Shown: positions 59,124 through 64,000 of the stretch, in pieces | Numbering within the stretch: position 1 is the first letter of the stretch | How the letters are laid out: each line of letters opens with the position of its first letter | From: Rhodospirillales bacterium | Lineage (GTDB): Bacteria; Pseudomonadota; Alphaproteobacteria; Rhodospirillales; UBA2165 | Length of the DNA stretch: 64,000 nt | Direction: 5' to 3' | Assembly: GCA_965207535.1 (NCBI GenBank) | Contig: CBDBMR010000011.1 | Coordinates: 78,276 to 142,275, forward strand | Notes under the pieces: model-generated | Told to the model about the DNA's origin: nothing | The model's database searches: none | Seen by the model: the letters and a program-made list of their open reading frames with translations, nothing else | Position numbers and translations under genes: made by a program

Positions 59124-59816
59124 CTAACCATTCAAGTGCCCCCCGATGGCGTCGGCGAATTCGTCCGGCTTGAAGTCCCTCGGTCCCTCGCCGCCCACAT
59201 AGGCAAGCTGGCCGCCGGCGTCGATGAGGAACAGCCGCATGGGGATGGCGATGTAGCGCTCTTCCACCGCATTGCCGATATCGTCGATCAGCATGGGCAT
59301 CTTGAGGTCGAGCATGTGCTGGCAGGCGCTCGCCACCTCGGTGCGTTCGTCGTCGGTGGTCGGTTCCCTGTAGACGATGCCCTCCTGCAGGTTCTTCGGC
59401 GAGCGCCAGCCGTCATCGGCATGGGCTTCGCGGATGTAAATTGACAGGAACTGCACATAGTCCTTGTACCGGTCGTAAATCTCGTTGAGGCGCACGGCCC
59501 AACCGCGATAGGGCGGTCACGTATAGGAGCCGAATATCAGCGCCACCGGCTTGCCGCGCAGGGATTCGAGGCTCACCGTCTCGCCGGTACGACCCTTTTC
59601 GGGATCGAGCACGTCGAGGGTGAAGGCAGGCGCCTCGTCGCCGACGCCGGGCACTTTCTCGCGGCGCGCCTTCTGCCACGCCATCTTGGCGTCAAATTCC
59701 TCTTCGGTGAGATCGGAGATATCGATCCAAACCTTGCGTTTCTCCGGATAGGGCAGATCGGCGAAAACCTTCACCAACTCACCCGGATCCATCGATCTGA
59801 AATCGCCGTCGGCCAT
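59124..59816 (-). CDS. Iodothyronine-deiodinase-like thioredoxin-fold selenoprotein with in-frame UGA (Sec) at 59517-59519
   Basis: Track ORFs 59517..59855 and 59124..59495 share one frame. The read-through sequence is ...LRGKPVALIFGSYT-U-PPYRGWAVRLNEIYDRYKDYVQFLSIYIREAHADDGW. It matches the deiodinase active site (NFGS(C/A)T-U-PPF) and the downstream (E/D)EAHxxDGW motif. The start is set at MADGDF (59816). Confidence 0.8.
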
Positions 59817-59945
59817 TATTTTGCCCCCCAACCAATGATTTTGTCGTGAAGTCACCCATGTTCGCGCCGGTGGCCTCGGGGGTCAAGACGGGTGCCGGTG
59901 ACATAAACTGCTTGTGAGACCGCGCCCAGCCGCTATGCAGAGGGC

Positions 59946-61124
59946 ATGCGAGGGAAACTGCCGAAAACCTGGAACCGGCACTTCGCGCTGATCCTGGGCT
60001 CGACCATGACGGTTCAGCTCGGCATGCCGATCATCACCCCGTCCTTCCCGGCCGTGCAGCAAGCGCTTGGCGTGGCGGATGCGGACATCGGCCTGATCAT
60101 GGCGGTCTATTCTCTACCGGCTCTGGTCTTCGTGCCGCTGCTCGGCCTGGTCGCCGACCGATTCTCCAAGAAATGGGTCGTGGTGCCGGGCCTGGTGCTG
60201 TTCACCGCGGGCGGCTTCGCCTTCACGGCGGAGAATTTCGAGACCCTGTTGTGGCTGCGCTTCATCCAGGGGATCGGGGCCAGCGGCCTGTCCGGCCTCG
60301 CCCTCGGCCTGGTCGGCGACTACTTCCGGGGAGAAGACCGAACCCGGGTGCTGGCCAGTGCCAGCTTCCTGCAGAATGTCAACGCCGGCCTGCTGCCGGT
60401 GATCGGCGGCGCCCTCGTGGTCATCGCCTGGGAGGCGCCCTACCTGGCGAGCTTCCTGGCCGTCCCGCTGGCGCTGTTCGGGCTGGTTATCATGAAGCCC
60501 GGCGACAACACCCCGGCGCCCGGCGGCAGGGCGCTGCTCGGTCATGCCTGGCGCAACATTACCGACCGGCGGGCGCTCGAACTCATGGGCATGACCGGTG
60601 GATTCATCTTTGTCGGCTTCGGGGTATTCGTGACCTACATCCCGACCTTCCTCGCCAACAACTTCGCCACCGGCTCGTTTGTCATCGGCCTCATCGTCGG
60701 CGCGCGGTCGGTCTCCGGCGCTATCATGTCGTCCCAGATCACCAGGCTGATGCGCGCCGTCTCGCCCCGCTGGCTGATCTTCAGCGCCTTCCTGGTCCAG
60801 TCGGCGGGCCTCGCCGTCGTTCCGGTGCTGCCCAACGACTGGTCGGTGATGATCGCCGCCCTGTGTTATGGCGGGGCATTCGGGATCGTCCGCCCGGCGC
60901 TGCAGATCATGATGCTGGAGAACGCGCCCGAGGATTTGCGGGCCACCTTCGGCGGCGGCATCGCGTTTTCCCTGCGCCTCGCCCAGACCATCGGCCCGTT
61001 TATCGCCGGGCTGGTGATCGGCGCCTGGGGGTTCGACCCGCTGTTTTTCAGCGCCGCCGCGGTGCCCCTGCTCCTCGCCCTCTACGCCCTCAGGGCGGAG
61101 GCGTTGAAGCCGGCAGCGCGTTAG
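59946..61124 (+). CDS. MFS transporter
   Basis: 392 aa with 12 hydrophobic segments and an MFS loop motif (GLVADRFSKK). Confidence 0.8.
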   Translation: MRGKLPKTWNRHFALILGSTMTVQLGMPIITPSFPAVQQALGVADADIGLIMAVYSLPALVFVPLLGLVADRFSKKWVVVPGLVLFTAGGFAFTAENFETLLWLRFIQGIGASGLSGLALGLVGDYFRGEDRTRVLASASFLQNVNAGLLPVIGGALVVIAWEAPYLASFLAVPLALFGLVIMKPGDNTPAPGGRALLGHAWRNITDRRALELMGMTGGFIFVGFGVFVTYIPTFLANNFATGSFVIGLIVGARSVSGAIMSSQITRLMRAVSPRWLIFSAFLVQSAGLAVVPVLPNDWSVMIAALCYGGAFGIVRPALQIMMLENAPEDLRATFGGGIAFSLRLAQTIGPFIAGLVIGAWGFDPLFFSAAAVPLLLALYALRAEALKPAAR

Positions 61125-61528
61125 CCGTCAATCACCGCCGTCACATCGATTTCCACCAGCGCGCCTTCCACCAGCAGCGCTTCGACGCCGACACACGTGG
61201 ATGAGGCGGAGCCATCGTCCCCATAAAAGTCCGTCATGGCCTTCATGATGACCGGCCGGTGATCGAGTTGCAGCCCGACGATGAAGACGCGCTGACGGAC
61301 CACATCGGCGGGCGTCGCACCGACAAGCGCGAGCGAGTCCCTGATGGTGCCGTAGATGTAGGCCATCTGCGCCGCCAAATCGCCGGGGCCGACCAGCTCG
61401 CCGTCCTTGGTGGAGGCGACAAGGCCCGACAGGTGAACGGTGGTGCCCCCCTCGGAGGTCACCAGGTTGGTGAAGTGGGGCTTGTTGTGCAGGAATTCGG
61501 GCCGGTGGCGTTCTATGGTGACGGACAT
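61121..61528 (-). CDS. RidA/YjgF/Endoribonuclease L-PSP family protein
   Basis: ...TTVHLSGLVA...GDLAAQMAYIYGTIRDSL...VEALLVEGALVEIDVTAV is typical of RidA. The start is trimmed to the Met at 61528. Confidence 0.75.
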   Translation of the reverse strand: MSVTIERHRPEFLHNKPHFTNLVTSEGGTTVHLSGLVASTKDGELVGPGDLAAQMAYIYGTIRDSLALVGATPADVVRQRVFIVGLQLDHRPVIMKAMTDFYGDDGSASSTCVGVEALLVEGALVEIDVTAVIDG

Positions 61529-61607
61529 GTGATTTTTCCTCCCCAAAAGGCGGCAAATTCGGGATCAAGACTGGCCATTCCCTGCCTCGGCGGCTTATAT
61601 AACCGCC

Positions 61608-64000
61608 ATGCCAAAAGACAACGTACAAGAGGGGACCAGCGAGCAGGATTCGCGCACCATCGTGGTGCGCGGCGCCCGGGAACACAACCTCGCAAACGTG
61701 GATGTGACCATCCCCCGCGATGCCTTGACCGTGATTACCGGGTTGTCAGGCTCCGGCAAATCATCGCTTGCCTTCGATACCGTCTATGCCGAGGGACAGC
61801 GGCGCTATGTCGAGAGCCTGTCGGCTTATGCGCGCCAGTTCCTGGAACTGATGCAGAAGCCGGATGTGGATTCCATCGAGGGCCTCTCGCCCGCCATCTC
61901 CATCGAACAGAAGACCACGTCCCGGAATCCTCGCTCCACCGTCGGCACGGTGACCGAGATCTACGACTACATGCGGCTGATGTTCGCCCGCATCGGCATC
62001 CCCTTTTCGCCGGCCACCGGCCTCCCCATCGAGGCTCAGACCGTTTCGCAGATGGTCGACCGGGTGATGGAGATGGAGGAAGGGACGCGGCTGTATCTGC
62101 TGGCGCCGATCGTCCGGGGCCGCAAGGGCGAGTACCGGAGGGAAATTCAGGACCTCGCCAAGAAGGGCTTTCAGCGGGTGAAGATCGACGGCGAACATTA
62201 CGAGATCGACGAAGCGCCCGCCCTTGAAAAGAACTTCAAGCACGATATCGAGGCGGTGGTCGATCGGGTGGTGGTCCGTGAAGGTCTCGAGCAACGCCTG
62301 GCCGACAGCTTCGAGACGGCCTTGGAACTGGCCGACGGGCTGGCTTTCGCCGAGGACGCGGCCTCGGGTGACCGGACCACGTTCTCCGCCAAGTTCGCCT
62401 GCCCGGTGTCGGGGTTCACCATCGACGAGATCGAGCCCCGGCTGTTTTCGTTCAACAACCCCTTCGGGGCGTGTCCGGCCTGCGACGGACTCGGCACGGA
62501 GATGTATTTCGACCCCGACCTCGTGGTGCCCGACGAGCGCCTGAGCCTGAAAGAAGGCGCCATCGCGCCGTGGTCCCAATCCTCATCGCCCTACTACCGC
62601 CAGACCTTGGAGAGTCTCGCCAGGCACTACAAGGTGCAGATGACCACCTCGTTCGCCAAACTGCCCAAGAAGGTGCGCGACGCCCTGCTGTTCGGGTCGG
62701 GCAAGACCGCCATCCCCATGACCTACGACGACGGCAAGAACGCCTATGAGATCAAAAAGCCGTTCGAGGGCGTGATCCCCAACATGGAGCGGCGCTGGCG
62801 GGAGACGGATTCGTCGTGGATCCGCGAGGAACTCTCCAAGTTCCAGACCGTTACGAGTTGCGAGGCCTGCGGCGGGTTCCGGCTCAAGCCCGAGGCGCTG
62901 GCGGTGAAGATTGCCGGCAAGCACATCGGCGAAGTCGCCCGCATGTCCATCGATGAGGCCGAAGCCTGGTTCGCCGGGCTGCACCGGCACCTGACCAAGC
63001 AGCAGAACGAGATCGCCCGGCGAATATTGCGGGAAATCAACGAGCGGCTCGGATTCCTCAAGAACGTGGGGCTCGAATACCTGACCCTGTCGCGGTCCTC
63101 CCGCACCCTCTCCGGCGGCGAAAGCCAGCGCATCCGCCTGGCCTCCCAGATCGGCTCCGGCCTCACGGGCGTGCTCTACGTCCTGGACGAACCGTCCATC
63201 GGCCTCCACCAGCGGGACAACCACCGGCTCCTGGAGACCCTCAGGCGGCTTCGGGATCTCGGCAACTCGGTGATCGTCGTCGAACACGACGAGGATGCCA
63301 TCCGCGCTGCCGACCACATCGTCGACATGGGCCCGGGCGCCGGCATCCACGGCGGCAATGTGGTCGCGCAAGGGACACCCGACGATGTCATGTCGAGCAC
63401 CGAAAGCCTCACCGGCCAATACCTCACCGGCTTCCGCCAGATCGAGGTGCCGAAGGAGCGCCGCCCGGGCAAGAAGGGTCATAAGATCACCGTCGAGGGC
63501 GCCACCGAAAACAACCTGCGGAAGATCGATGCCACCTTCCCATTGGGCACGTTCACCTGCGTCACCGGGGTCTCGGGCGGCGGCAAATCGACCCTGGTGG
63601 TGGAGACCCTCTACAAGGCGCTGGCCCGGCGGGTGAACGGCAGCCGGGTCCATCCCGGCGCCCACGACGACATCAAGGGTGTCGAATTCATCGACAAGGT
63701 CGTCGATATCGACCAATCGCCCATCGGCAGGACGCCACGCTCCAACCCGGCGACCTACACCGGCGCCTTCACGCCGATCCGCGACTGGTTCGCCGGCCTG
63801 CCCGAAGCCAAGGAGCGGGGCTACAAGCCCGGCCGCTTCTCATTCAACGTCAAGGGCGGGCGCTGCGAGGCCTGTCAAGGCGACGGCGTTATCAAAATCG
63901 AGATGCACTTCCTTCCCGACGTCTACGTCCAGTGCGATCAGTGCAAGGGCAAGCGCTATAACCGGGAGACCCTGGAGATCACCTTCCGCGGCAAGTCCAT
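61608..64000 (+). CDS. uvrA: Excinuclease ABC subunit A (3' end runs off the right window edge)
   Basis: My own translation from the ATG at 61608 gives [78 protein letters not shown]..., and later [12 protein letters not shown] and [12 protein letters not shown]. It is absent from the ORF track because no stop lies within the window. Confidence 0.95.
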   Translation, partial: MPKDNVQEGTSEQDSRTIVVRGAREHNLANVDVTIPRDALTVITGLSGSGKSSLAFDTVYAEGQRRYVESLSAYARQFLELMQKPDVDSIEGLSPAISIEQKTTSRNPRSTVGTVTEIYDYMRLMFARIGIPFSPATGLPIEAQTVSQMVDRVMEMEEGTRLYLLAPIVRGRKGEYRREIQDLAKKGFQRVKIDGEHYEIDEAPALEKNFKHDIEAVVDRVVVREGLEQRLADSFETALELADGLAFAEDAASGDRTTFSAKFACPVSGFTIDEIEPRLFSFNNPFGACPACDGLGTEMYFDPDLVVPDERLSLKEGAIAPWSQSSSPYYRQTLESLARHYKVQMTTSFAKLPKKVRDALLFGSGKTAIPMTYDDGKNAYEIKKPFEGVIPNMERRWRETDSSWIREELSKFQTVTSCEACGGFRLKPEALAVKIAGKHIGEVARMSIDEAEAWFAGLHRHLTKQQNEIARRILREINERLGFLKNVGLEYLTLSRSSRTLSGGESQRIRLASQIGSGLTGVLYVLDEPSIGLHQRDNHRLLETLRRLRDLGNSVIVVEHDEDAIRAADHIVDMGPGAGIHGGNVVAQGTPDDVMSSTESLTGQYLTGFRQIEVPKERRPGKKGHKITVEGATENNLRKIDATFPLGTFTCVTGVSGGGKSTLVVETLYKALARRVNGSRVHPGAHDDIKGVEFIDKVVDIDQSPIGRTPRSNPATYTGAFTPIRDWFAGLPEAKERGYKPGRFSFNVKGGRCEACQGDGVIKIEMHFLPDVYVQCDQCKGKRYNRETLEITFRGKS

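Overview
High-GC (about 65%) chromosomal segment that looks alphaproteobacterial: GTTC-N7-GTTC SOS box, ctaA, gyrA, ssb, uvrA, coaD, nadA, ubiX, cobA/cbiX. Most of it is housekeeping and catabolic genes (Rieske and gentisate dioxygenases, FAH-family hydrolases, a hydantoinase/carbamoylase cluster, sulfatase and arylsulfotransferase-like genes, Sat). The main theme is selenocysteine decoding. selA and selB (edge-truncated, absent from the ORF track) lie at the left end. Three ORF pairs in the track are each one gene split by a single in-frame TGA at a known redox-active Cys/Sec position: a GrdB/PrdB-family protein (U-x-x-C), a two-domain AhpD/CMD-like protein (C-x-x-U) and an iodothyronine-deiodinase-like thioredoxin-fold protein (FGSYT-U-PP). 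Second, a Cre-like tyrosine recombinase gene is bracketed by two inverted 34-bp lox-architecture sites (13-8-13, 31/34 identical), which suggests a self-inverting or mobile module. Third, an IS1111-subgroup IS110 element splits a DUF488 gene. Its ends, 4-bp core duplication and possible bridge-RNA guide matches can be read directly. Also present: tRNA-Lys(UUU), a family of G/C-rich hairpin repeats at four or more loci, a tandem repeat copying the ssb stop region, and several long palindromes. I found no CRISPR array, rRNA, selC or selD.
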